A stretch of DNA of 64,000 nt from Eledone cirrhosa (taxonomy: Eukaryota). The stretch lies in the NCBI GenBank assembly GCA_964016885.1, contig OZ024762.1, forward strand, positions 6,696,001-6,760,000. Reading direction: 5' to 3'. Shown here piece after piece: positions 38,406 to 52,608 of this stretch; within the stretch, counting starts at the first letter, position 1, and each line of letters starts with the position of its first letter. The notes under the pieces are model-generated. The model was not told the DNA's origin. It did no database searches and worked only from the letters and a program-made list of their open reading frames with translations. The position numbers and the translations under genes were made by a program.

Positions 38406-40043
38406 AATTTATCTTCGAAAAAAACCTACCAGGTATAGAAGCAATGTTTTGCTGTTTACCCCCCCCCCCCCCCCTTTCAAACTCGATTTAGGATTTTGCC
38501 ATGGTATCTTCTACTTTTTTATGGTTTTAAATATTTTTCCAAAACAATTTCTTATAACTTATGGCAATTTAACTTGTGGTTGTGGGGAGGTTGTTCTTTT
38601 TTGTTGCAGATTATAAAAACAACCTCACCAAACTAAAACTGCTTTGTTCCTCTATCTCATTACCGATTCCACCTTTGGCTCCTCCATTATGTCTTGTTAG
38701 ACAAAGTGATTGTTAGATCTAACTGGAGATATTTTTTATGAGGTATGGCTGCCAATGATTCAGCTAATTTCTCTGTAGATAGTTCTAGATTACTTTCAAT
38801 TCAAAAGGACAACTTAGAAGTAAAACTGTTAATCTCTGAAGAACACTTGTTAAGTGAAGAAAGGTTTCATAACAACGGTATCAACACTGGCAACGACACA
38901 ACAACGACAACAACAACGACAATAACAACAGCGACAATGACAACAACAACAATGACAATAACAACAGCGACAATGACAACAAATACAGCAACAACAATGG
39001 TAACAAAACCAACAGTAATAAAGACTTAACATCAATAGTAACAAAGACTTAGCAACAATAATAACAACATCAACAACAACAATAACAACAGCCATAACAA
39101 CATCAATAACACCAATAACAACAAAGATGGGAAGTCTTGTACTTTCAGTGACATAAGACCACAAGAAACTAGGATAAGTACTGGGGTGGTAAACCACTGA
39201 GCTTAGAACAGACTTAAACATTATACATTACATAACCCTGTGATGGACTTGTGTCCTGTCCAGGGTGAAGACAAGTATTTTCACTTAAGCCCACGAGACT
39301 AAGATAAACTTCAGTCAGATGAGCCTCTGGGTTTGAGACAGATTTTAACTTAATACAACCCTGCAATAGACTGGTGTCCTGCCTAGGGAAGCAGTCTTGG
39401 GTTCTCAGTTACATAACACTACATAAAACCAAGAACCTCTGGGCTTGGAATAGACTTAACATTATACAGATTCACAATGAGAGTAAGTTAAATCACTTTC
39501 CACACTTTTTATTGTGTTTTGTTTAATGTAGACTCTAACACCAGTTCTATCTTTCCATTACACTCACCTGTTGTCTCATACACATTGTGATGGTCGAAAT
39601 ATCCTGAGTTCGAATTCTAACCAGCGCGCTAACTCTGTATCGCTGTCTAATTGCCTGTTGCCATTTAATGTCTGGAAAGGTTTTAGTTAATACCATTGTT
39701 TACTGTCGTACCACATTTGCCATGGTTCTTGGAGACTAGAGCCTAATGCTACCATTCTATTGTACAGCAATTTGAGACGGATTTTCTCTAATAACCGATT
39801 TTTTCACTCGTTAATTTGTGTTTGACTTGAGATATGTTGGTTGAGTTCTTATAGAGGTGCTGAAGTACAGAATCTCGACTCCTAGCCATCATGTAAATTT
39901 CTGAACCAGTGGCCAATCAGTTGACGGTATTTTGATGACGCTGAGGGATTTCAGTTGCTACTGTACTACTGTCGCATTTACTGTCATAGGCAACACAGAC
40001 AAGAATCGAATCCTGTCAATCAATTGGTTATTGATTACGCAAA

Positions 40044-40156
40044 ACCCGCTGATGAAGGTACATGCACTGATTGTGCATTATTGCATAATAAATGCAGAAA
40101 ATGGATGCTGTACTCACTCTTACTGCATTAAGTGTGGTTGAAACTCGAGTACAGGT
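40044..40156 (+). ncRNA. Hammerhead candidate with a long stem II insertion
   Basis: acccg-CTGATGA-(84 nt)-GAAA-ctcgag-TA-caggt. Confidence 0.5.
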
Positions 40157-40301
40157 ATAAATTTATGGTAGCCATTTATGTGTGTTGTATCAAGGCAAAT
40201 AACTTTGTGTCTACCCTGGGATTTATACATAGCCTTACCTATTGAGTACACTGAGATGCAACTGCTACTAGCAGGGAAACCTTATTATATATATTTATAT
40301 A

Positions 40302-40635
40302 ATCATCATCATTTTACGTCCGCTTTTCCCCTGCTTGCAAGGGTGGGACGGGAACTGATTCTGGCTTGATTTCTACAGCTGGATGCCCTTCCTAACACCA
40401 ACTTCATTTACAGTGAGTGCTGGGGGCTTTTTTCCCGTGGCGCCTCCATGACCACTTTGCAGTGGAATGATAGGGACCCCAGTCCCTATCATCTCATTTC
40501 TACAGCTGAGTAAACTGGAGCAATGTGAAATAAAGTGTCTTGCTCAAGGAAACAACACATCACCCTGTCTGAGAATTGAACTCACAACCTTTCGATTGCA
40601 AGGCCAATGCTCTAACCGCTAAGCTATGTGCCTCC
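40302..40635 (-). mobile_element. Full-length family-1 SINE, tail A
   Basis: Reverse complement of 20798-21132. Confidence 0.92.
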
Positions 40636-40694
40636 ATATATATATAAATAATATGTATGTGTGTATGTAGGTGGCAATGGTGCTTGTGTGTGTG

Positions 40695-40731
<37 letters not shown>

Positions 40732-41189
40732 AGAGTAGTCCATATACATACACTGTTTTAATTCTTTATACACGTAGTTTGGGTCTCTAATCATTTAAAA
40801 TTATCATATTGTCAGCAAACATACCTTATTCCACACATCAATCATTAGTAGCCACACCTTGTTCCACACATAACTATGGAACATTCCCTCGCAGCATATC
40901 CACCCATCTACATACTCCCACACCAAGCCACGCCCAGTTTCCCCATAACACACAACCCACCTCTCACTACCAACACATCATTCCTACTGAAATTCAATCG
41001 AAGCCACGCCCAGTTTTCCCATAACACACAACCCACCTCTCACTACCAACACATCAGTCATACCCAGATTCACTCCAAGCCACGCCCAGGTTCCCCACCA
41101 CACAGGACCTACCTCTCACTACCAACATACTCATGTTCACAGTATACCACAGACACACCTACATTCACACAACACCATTCCAACAAACT

Positions 41190-44100
41190 TAACCACACTA
41201 CACTACATTACACCACACTAAACCACATCACACTAAACCACATCACACCACACTACACCACACTACATCACACTACACCACACCGCACTACACTACACTA
41301 AACCACACTAAACTACACTACACCACACTACACTACACCACACCACACCACACCATACTACACCACACCACACTTCACCACACTACACTACACCACACCA
41401 CACTACACTACACCATACTACACCACACCACACCACACCACACCACACTACACCACACTAAACCACACCACACCATACTACACCACACCACACTTCACCA
41501 CACCACACCACACCACACCACACCTCACCACACCACACCACACCACACCACACTACACTACACTACATTACACTACACTACATTACACCACACCACACCA
41601 CACCACACTACACTATACTACACTACACTACACCATACTACACCACACCACACTACACTACACCACACCACACTACACTACACCACACCACACCACACTA
41701 CACTACACCACACTACACCATACTACACCACACCACACTACATTACATCACACTACACCACACCACACCACACTACACTACATTACACCACACTACACCA
41801 CACCACACCACACTACACCACACTACACCACACCACACCACACCACACTACACTACACTACACCACACTACACCACACCACACTACACCACACCACACCA
41901 CACCACACCACACTACACTACACTACACCACACCACACCACACCACACCACACCACACCACACCACACCACACCACACTACACTACACTACACTACACTA
42001 CACCACACCACACCACACCACACCACACCACACCACACCACACCACACCACACCACACTACACTACACTACACTACACTACACTACACTACACTACACTA
42101 CACCACACCACACCACACCACACCACACCACACCACACCACACCACACCACACCACACCACACCACACCACACCACACCACACCACACCACACTACACTA
42201 CACTACACTACACTACACTACACTACACTACACTACACTACACTACACTACACTACACTACACTACACTACACTACACTACACCACACCACACCACACCA
42301 CACCACACCACACCACACCACACCACACCACACCACACCACACCACACCACACCACACCACACCACACCACACCACACCACACCACACTACACTACACTA
42401 CACTACACTACACTACACTACACTACACTACACTACACTACACTACACTACACTACACTACACTACACTACACTACACTACACTACACCACACCACACCA
42501 CACCACACCACACACACCACACCACACCACACCACACCACACCACACCACACCACACCACACCACACCACACCACACCACACCACACCACACCACACCAC
42601 ACCACACCACACCACACCACACCACACCACACCACACCACACCACACCACACCACACTACACTACACTACACTACACTACACTACACACCACACCACACC
42701 ACACACACCACACCACACCACACCACACCACACCACACCACACCACACCACACCACACTACACTACACTACACCACACCACACCACACCACACCACACTA
42801 CACTACACTACACTACACCACACCACACCACACTACACTACACTACACTACACCACACCACACCACACCACACCACACCACACCACACTACACCACACCA
42901 CACCACACCACACCACACCACACCACACCACACCACACCACACTACACCACACTACACCACACCACACCACACCACACCACACCACACTACACTACACCA
43001 CACCACACCACACCACACCACACCACACTACACCACACCACACCACACCACACTACACCACACTACACTACACCACACTACACCACACCACACCACACCA
43101 CACCACACCACACTACACTACACTACACCACACCACACCACACTACACCACACCACACTACACCACACCACACCACACCACACCACACCACACTACACCA
43201 CACCACACCACACCACACCACACCACACTACACCACACTACACCACACCACACTACACCACACTACACCACACCACACCACACCACACTACACCACACTA
43301 CACCACACCACACTACACCACACTACACTACACCACACCACACCACACCACACCACACCACACTACACCACACCACACCACACCCACACTACACTACACT
43401 ACACCACACCACACCACACCACACCACACTACACTACACTACACCACACCACACCACACCACACTACACCACACTACACCACACCACACCACACCACACC
43501 ACACCACACCACACTACACTACACTACACTACACTACACCACACCACACCACACCACACTACACCACACCACACCACACCACACACACCACACCACACCA
43601 CACTACACTACACTACACTACACCACACCACACCACACCACACCACACTACACCACACCACACCACACCACACCACACCACACCACACTACACCACACCA
43701 CACCACACCACACTACACCACACTACACCACACCACACCACACCACACTACACCACACTACACCACACCACACCACACCACACTACACCACACTACACTA
43801 CACCACACTACACCACACCACACTACACCACACCACACCACACTACACTACACTACACTACACCACACTACACCACACTACACCACACCACACTACACCA
43901 CACCACACCACACCACACCACACCACACTACACCACACCACACCACACCACACCACACCACACTACACCACACTACACCACACCACACCACACTACACCA
44001 CACTACACTACACCACACCACACCACACCACACTACACCACACTACACCACACCACACCACACACACCACACTACACCACACTACACTACACCACACTAC

Positions 44101-45840
44101 ACCACACCACACTACACCACACCACACCACACTACACTACACTACACTACACCACACTACACCACACTACACCACACCACACTACACCACACCACACCAC
44201 ACTACACTACACTACACTACACCACACTACACCACACCACACTACACCACACCACACTACACCACACCACACCACACCACACCACACCACACTACACCAC
44301 ACCACACCACACCACACTACACCACACTACACCACACCACACTACACCACACTACACCACACCACACCACACTACACCACACTACACCACACCACACCAC
44401 ACTACACCACACTACACCACACCACACCACACTACACCACACTACACCACACCACACTACACCACACTACACCACACCACACCACACTACACCACACTAC
44501 ACTACACCACACCACACTACACCACACCACACCACACCACACTACACTACACCACACTACACCACACCACACTACACCACACCACACCACACTACACTAC
44601 ACTACACTACACCACACTACACCACACTACACCACACCACACTACACCACACCACACCACACTACACTACACTACACCACACCACACTACACCACACTAC
44701 ACCACACCACACTACACCACACTACACACCACACCACACCACACTACACCACACTACACTACACCACACTACACCACACCACACTACACCACACCACACC
44801 ACACTACACTACACTACACTACACCACACTACACCACACTACACCACACCACACTACACCACACCACACCACACTACACTACACTACACTACACCACACT
44901 ACACCACACTACACCACACCACACTACACCACACCACACCACACCACACCACACCACACTACACCACACCACACCACACCACACTACACCACACTACACC
45001 ACACCACACTACACCACACTACACCACACCACACCACACTACACCACACCACACCACACCACACTACACCACACCACACCACACCACACCACACCACACT
45101 ACACCACACCACACTACACCACACTACACCACACCACACCACACTACACCACACCACACTACACCACACTACACCACACCACACCACACCACACTACACC
45201 ACACTACACCACACCACACTACACCACACTACACCACACCACACTACACCACACCACACTACACCACACTACACCACACCACACCACACCACACCACACC
45301 ACACTACACCACACTACACCACACCACACTACACCACACTACACCACACCACACCACACCACACCACACCACACTACACCACACCACACTACACCACACT
45401 ACACCACACCACACCACACCACACTACACCACACTACACCACACTACACCACACCACACTACACCACACTACACCACACCACACTACACCACACCACACT
45501 ACACCACACTACACCACACCACACCACACCACACCACACTACACCACACCACACTACACCACACTACACCACACCACACCACACCACACCACACCACACT
45601 ACACCACACTACACCACACCACACCACACCACACCACACCACACCACACCACACCACACCACACTACACTACACCACACCACACCACACCACACCACACT
45701 ACACCACACTACACCACACTACACCACACTACACTACACCACACCACACTACACCACACCACACTACACCACACCACACCACACTACACCACACTACACC
45801 ACACCACACTACACCACACTACACCACACCACACCACACT
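41190..45840. repeat. 4.6-kb (CACCA/CACTA)n pentanucleotide array
   Basis: Direct inspection. Confidence 0.97.
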
Positions 45841-46299
45841 GCTCATACTTCTGCCAATCACCTGTGATTAGAAGAATTATGGATTAAAGTCTTTTACTGC
45901 CAAGTTCATGTCTTAATGTGTAGATGTCATTTGCCATATAGCATCATTTCTCAGTCTGCCTGTCTGTCTGTCTGTTTATAAGTCTGTCTGTCTGCCTGCT
46001 TGTAAGTCTGTCTGTCTGTTTATAAGTCTGTCTGCCTGCCTGCTTGTAAGTCTGTCTGTCTGTTTATAAGTCTGTCTGCCTGCCTGCTTGTAAGTCTGTC
46101 TGTCGGTTTATAAGTCTGTCTGCCTGCTTGTAAGTCTGTCTGTAAGTCTGTCTGCCTGTATATATATATGTACATATGTGTATATGTACGTGTGCATATA
46201 TGTATGTATGTATGTATGTATGTTTGCATGTGTGTATGTATGGATGTGTTTTCATTTGTGTGTGTGTGCATACAGGAATGGTTTGTAAGTATGCATTTA

Positions 46300-46360
46300 G
46301 GCACACACACACAAATATATACATATATATACAATTGTATATATGTATATACATATGTTA

Positions 46361-46391
<31 letters not shown>

Positions 46392-46420
46392 CAATTGTAT
46401 ATATGTATATACATATGTTA

Positions 46421-46451
<31 letters not shown>

Positions 46452-46480
46452 CAATTGTATATATGTATATACATATGTTA

Positions 46481-46511
<31 letters not shown>

Positions 46512-46654
46512 CAATTGTATATATGTATATACATATGTTAACACACACACACACAAATATATACATATATATACAATTGTATATATGTATATGCATATGT
46601 TAACACACACACACATATATATATACAATTGTATATATGTATATACATATGTTA

Positions 46655-46685
<31 letters not shown>

Positions 46686-46727
46686 CATATATATACAATT
46701 GTATATATGTATATACATATGTTAACG

Positions 46728-46758
<31 letters not shown>

Positions 46759-46855
46759 GTATATATACATATATATATACAATTGTATATATGTATATAC
46801 ATATGTTAACACACACATATATATATATATATACATATATATACATACACACACA
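46300..46855. repeat. ~60-bp higher-order repeat of TA/CA microsatellites
   Basis: Three consecutive 60-bp lines are nearly identical. Confidence 0.9.
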
Positions 46856-46981
46856 GACAATTATGTGTGTGTGTGTTGTGTGTATGTATATGTATGGTTT
46901 GTAAGTATGCATATTCACGCACATATATATATATATATATATATTGTATATATATATTGTATATACATACCCACATAGAGA

Positions 46982-47029
<48 letters not shown>

Positions 47030-47469
47030 TGTGTGTGCGTGTGTGTGTATGTGTGTGTGTGTGTGCATAGTAGGATTTATAGAATTTATGAAGTATTTAA
47101 AAAATTTAATCTGTGGAGTTTAATCGCATAGAGTTGTGCAGGTGATGTTTATATTGTAAAGAACATGTGGTGCATATATATATATATGCACACACACATA
47201 TATAACATACATGCTTAAATACATTCACACACCATAACATATACATACATACCATATACATACATACACACACCATAACATATACATACATACCATATAC
47301 ATACATACACACACCATAGCATATACATACATACATACACACACACACAGAGAAACACATGCACACACAAACACACACACACACACACAGAAACACATGC
47401 ACACACAAACACACACACAGAAACACATGCACACACAAACACACACACAGAAACACATGCGCACACACA

Positions 47470-47507
<38 letters not shown>

Positions 47508-47774
47508 TGCACACACAAACACACACACACAAACACACACAGAGAAACACGTTTTCTATCCATCAATGGAAATGATTAAAAGATTAGAAGAGAAAACTAA
47601 AATAAAAAACAGTAAATGGAGTCAGGTATAAAAACATAAAAAAAAAATGAACAAAACAAAAAAAAATGCTTCATATTAGGATGCACTCCTTTTGTGAGGA
47701 GAAGAAATATTCTTGCTCTGTCTTCATTTCTTTACTTGATTCTAGGAACTAACAACAGCAATATAATATCTATA

Positions 47775-48281
47775 ATAATGGTTTCTGAGTTTGGCACAAG
47801 GGCAAAGATTTTGAGGCAGAGGTGAAAGTCAATTGACTTCGGTACTTAACTAGTACTTTATCAACTCTGGAAGGATGAAAAGCAAAGTTGCTTTTTTAAT
47901 GATGATAATCATCATCATCATCATCATCATCATCGTTTAACGTCTATCTTCCACGCTAGCATAATAATAATAATTGTTTCTACTTTAGGCACAAGGCTAG
48001 CAATTAACCAGTAAATTACTGGTACTTTGTTTTATCGACCCCGTAAGGATGAAAGGCAAAGTTAACCTCGGCGGGATTTGAACTCAGACCATAAAGGGCC
48101 GTAACTCTATGCGTCAAAGCATGGCGTCTGACCCTCTACTGATACTGTCAATCCACAATAATAATAATTGTTTCTACTTTAGGCACAAGGCCAGCAATTA
48201 CCCAGTGCATTACTGGTACTTTATTTTATCGACCCCGTAAGGATGAAAGGCAAAGTCAACCTCGGCGGGATTTGAACTCAG
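47775..48281 (-). mobile_element. Cluster of three Deu/Nin-like SINE pieces
   Basis: Reverse-complement matches to 5300-5488. Confidence 0.85.
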
Positions 48282-49033
48282 GTAATTCTTTTTATTTTTA
48301 TAGGCCACAAAAGCCAAGGTCGTTGGGGACAATAGGGGTCAAATTACAACACAAAAAGGGGTTTACATCAAATAAAAAGGTTCAAAATCAACAAAAACAA
48401 TAAATATAAAAATAAATTTCCAGCAAGAAAAATTGCCAAATAGAGGGTTAACCACCTGGAATAATTTTGGGGTGAAAACTCCACAAAAAAGTCAAGCAGG
48501 ATTACTTTGTGTAGTGGAACCTCAGTTCACAAACACCTCATCATGAACAAATCAGTTCACAAACAATTTTTCCAGACATAAAATATCTCTGTTTATCAAT
48601 GGTGTCTTAAGTAATGAACACACAAGCTGTATATATATATATATATGGGCCTTCCAGTTTCATTTCACATTCTATACATGTCTGAATATTTTAATTATTT
48701 AAAAGATTATTTTCAACTGAACATGATTTAAAAAAATATTTTGAAGTGAATGTGATCCAACGGGTCACGGGTGGTCTATTGTGAAACTCTCCCACCAGAC
48801 AGTGACCCTGCCCACTAAAGGGCCTGTGCCCTTCTCTTAGTAGTCCTCCTCCAATCTATACTCAAAGCAGGCCCAGTCACTGGGACCATCCTTACCACCC
48901 TCACCCACCTTCAACAAGTACATCTAACCCTTTTCAATTTCCTTTTCAAGTAAATCCTGAAATAATTTATGGGGACTTGACTAAAAAGGAGAATGTCTGT
49001 CTTCAGCCCTTTCAATCTCTCCCACACTACCTC

Positions 49034-49930
49034 TGGTGATGGTGTTGGTGTTGGTGGTGTTGATGGTGGTGGTGGTGGTGGTGGTATTGATGGTGTTGGT
49101 GGTGGTGGTGTTGATGGTGTTGGTGGTGTTGATGGTGTTGGTGGTGATGATGGTGTTGGTGGTGATGGTGTTGGTGGTGGTGGTGTTGATGGTGTTGGTG
49201 TTGATGGCGTTGGTGTTGATGGTGTTGGTGATGGTGGTGTTGATGGTGTTGGTGATGTTGATGGTGTTGGTGGTGGTGGTGTTGATGATAGTGGTGGTGG
49301 TGTTGGCGGTGGTATTGGTAATGGTGGTGGTGTTGGTGATAGCGGTGGTGTTGATGGTGTTGGTGGTGGTATTGGTGGTGTTAGTTTTGGTGGTGGTGTT
49401 GGTGATAGTGGTGGTGTTGATGGTGTTGGTGGTGGTATTGGTGGTGTTAGTTTTGGTGGTGGTGTTGGTGAGAGCGGTGGTATTGGTGGTGGTGATAGTG
49501 GTGTTGTAGTGGTGTTGTTGTTGGTGGTAGTGGCGGTGTTGTTGTGGTGTTGTTGTTGGTGGTAGTGGCGGTGCGGTTGTAGTGGTGTTGTTGTTGGTGG
49601 TAGTGGCGATGTTGTAGTGGTGTTGTTGTTGGTGGTAGTGGTGGTGCGGTTGTAGTGGTGTTGATGGTGGTGGTGGCAGTGTTGTTGGTGTTGTTGTAGT
49701 GGCATTGGTGTTGTTGTTGGTGGTGGTGGTGTTGTTGTAGTGGTGTTGTTGTTGGTGGTGCTGCTGTAGTGGCGCTGGTGTTGTTGTTGGTGGTGGTGGT
49801 GGCGGTGTTGTAGTAGTGGCGCTGGTGTTGTTGTTGATGGTGGTGGTGGTATTGTTGTAGTGGTGTTGTTGTTGGTGGAGTGGCGTTGGTGTTGTTGTTG
49901 TTGATGGTGGTGGTGGTGGCAGTGGTAGTG
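49034..49930. repeat. (GGT/GTT)n cryptic trinucleotide array
   Basis: Direct inspection. Confidence 0.93.
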
Positions 49931-50253
49931 CCAGCAATTGTCTCTCATGTCAGAGATATTTCACTAGATTGTGTGTGTGGCATCTGATTGGTTGAAAAAG
50001 AGATTCAGAGAAATACAAAAACACAAAAAACAAGGAAGAACTGAATTGAAGGTAGAAGATAGAATCAATGGCTGACAAAATAGATTGTTAAAATGTGTTT
50101 CCATTTATAGAAGTAAACAGGGGAGACAATGAGCGGTGAATTTTATATATTGCTGAGATATAGATAATTGATATATTATTGATAGTGAGATGTAGAGTGA
50201 TAGTAGGAGGGATAGAGGGATACATTGATTTATATATATATATATATATATAT

Positions 50254-50504
50254 ATAAATTATTAAAAAAATAATGAATAAACAAAGAAACAGTTCCTTAT
50301 ATTAAACAAAAAAAGTTCATTATTTTTTGTTTAATATAAGGAACTGTTTCTTTGTTTATTCATTATTTTTTTAATAATTTATCTTGACTCTGTATTCCGT
50401 TTATCTTTCACCGAAAGTGATTTTTGAATGCATCTCTTCTTTTCATGATATCCGGATTACATTGAGTTCTTCATACGGATTGGACACTACCGTAAACTTT
50501 TGGT

Positions 50505-50505
<1 letters not shown>
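50254..50505 (+). mobile_element. Foldback insert in (TA)n: 60-bp perfect arms plus ~120-bp tail
   Basis: 50254-50313 is the reverse complement of 50323-50382. Confidence 0.75.
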
Positions 50506-50546
<41 letters not shown>

Positions 50547-50666
50547 CAAAGGAGGTGTGGTAAGGAACCAGATAGACCATAACGCACCAGAGTACTCAAT
50601 ACTTAGGGTAGTGGAGTGGGTAATAGGAAAAAGTATGACCCTGATGGCAGTGCTCAAGCTATTTCG

Positions 50667-50983
50667 ACGTCCGCTTTTCCCTGCTTGCAAGGGTGGGACG
50701 GGAACTGATTCTGGCTTGATTTCTACAGCTGGATGCCCTTCCTAACACCAACCTCATTTACAGTGAGTGCTGTGTCCTTTTTTTCCGTGGTGCTTACATG
50801 ACCACTTTGCAGTGGAATGATATGGACCCCAGTCCCTATCATCTCATTTCTACAGCTGAGTAAACTGGAACAATGTGAAATAAAATGTCTTGCTCAAGGA
50901 AACAACACATCACCTGGTCTGAGAATTGAACTCACAACCTTTCGATTGCAAGGCCAATGCTGACTACTAAGCCTTGTGCCTCC
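50667..50983 (-). mobile_element. Family-1 SINE, tail A
   Basis: Reverse complement of 20798-21120. Confidence 0.9.
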
Positions 50984-51029
50984 ATCATATATATATATAT
51001 ATACTATTTTCTACATATATAATATATGT

Positions 51030-51390
51030 TCAAAGACACAGTGGACTGGAGCAACATAAAATATAGTGTCTTGCTCAAGGACAGTGGACTGGAGCAACGT
51101 GAAATAAAATGTCTTGCTCAAGGACACAATGGACTGAAGCAATGTGAAATATAGTGTCTTGCTCAAGGACACAATGGACTGGAGCAATGTGAAATAAAGT
51201 GTCTTGCTCAAGGACACAGTGAACTGAAGCAATGTGAAATAATGTGTCTGACTCAAGGACAATGGTCTCGAGCAACATAAAATATAGTATCTTGCTCAAG
51301 GATATAGTGGACTGAAGCAACGTGAAATAAAGTGTCTTGCTCAAGGACATAATGTGATGCCAAGAATCAAACTCTAACCACTAAACCACA
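51030..51390 (-). repeat. ~45-bp tandem amplification of the SINE core segment
   Basis: ggactggagcaacgtgaaataaagtgtcttgctcaaggacaca, ~7 copies followed by a SINE head. Confidence 0.9.
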
Positions 51391-52238
51391 TCCTTTCACA
51401 TAAACACACACACATACACAAACATACTCACATGTACACAAACATACTCACACACACATACACAAACACAACATTAATGTTGTTTACAAAAATATTTTTG
51501 ATTTCATACAACAGTATATTTATATGATGATGGTGGTGATGGTGGTGGTGGTGATGACGGTGAAGAGGTGTTGGTGGTGATATCGATGCTGCTGTTGCTG
51601 ATGATGTATTAATTAATGTAGATAAAACAAAGATAAACAGCTCAAAAATATAATCCTTACAGTAATAGTAGCAAACATTACACCTGTATTTTAGCCTTCA
51701 GAAAAAAAAAAAATGTGTATTTATTAATTCTTAACATCCTGTACCACATGAAACCACAAACTTTTGTTCTTGAAAAAGCTTATTTGAAAAAGATTTTTAG
51801 GGAACCCTTGTAGTTTTTCTTTTGAAGAAAATCTATAGTTGGAGATTTCTTGAAATCTTGTACTTTCTTTGGTGTTCTTGCTATTTGTTGTGATTGATAT
51901 ATGAGTTAAGAACCTATGTGAAATATCAATATGCTAAAATAAACTCTGAGGATGATGGCCTAAGACCAACTCCTGAAGGTAAAATTAGTAAATTAAATTA
52001 TATATATGTATGCATGGCTTAGTGGTTAGAGAGTTGGGATTACAATTGTGAGGTTGTGAGTGATTCTAGGACCGTGCTTTATTTCACGTTGCTCCAGTTG
52101 TGGAAATGAGTTTGCCCAGCTATGGCTTAAATAGCCTCACCAATCCACAATTGGCGTAAGAAAACGGCGGAGGTCAATTGGGGAAGGGTTCCTCCAGTAG
52201 GAGAGAAAAGGCCCAGGATTGAATATGTATACATAGTA

Positions 52239-52529
52239 AGGCGCATGGCTTAGTGGTTAGAGCATTGGGCTTGCAATCGAAAGGTTGTGAGTTCAATTCT
52301 CGGACCGGGTGATATGTTGTTTCCTTGAGCAAGACACTTTATTTCACATTGCTCCAGTTTACTCAGCTGTAGAAATGAGATGATAGGGACTGGGGTCCAT
52401 ATCATTCCACTGCAAAGTGGTCGTGGAGGTGTCACGGAATAAAAGCACCCAGCACTCACTGCAAATAAGGTTGGTGTTAGGAAGGGCATCCAGCTGTAGA
52501 AGTCAAGCCAGAAACAGTTCCCGTATGAC
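52239..52529 (+). mobile_element. Family-1 SINE ending at the start of tail B
   Basis: Ends gttcccgtatga. Confidence 0.9.
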
Positions 52530-52577
52530 TTCCTCATTTTTTCTAATAAATATATATATATATACACACATGTATAT

Positions 52578-52608
<31 letters not shown>

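Noticed and set aside
38846-38880. CTGAAGA-acactt..aagtg-aa-GAAA motif and the 94-aa ORF 38745-39029
   Set aside because: No stem I or III; the ORF runs into an (ACA)n repeat and has no recognisable motif
48911-49948. Gly/Val- or Pro/Thr-rich long ORFs
   Set aside because: GGT/GTT microsatellite artefact; the same applies to 58357-59265 and 62984-63580
51900-51978. Peptide-like YELRTYVKYQYAKINSEDDGLRPTPE before a GT donor
   Set aside because: In-frame stop just upstream and only a weak acceptor
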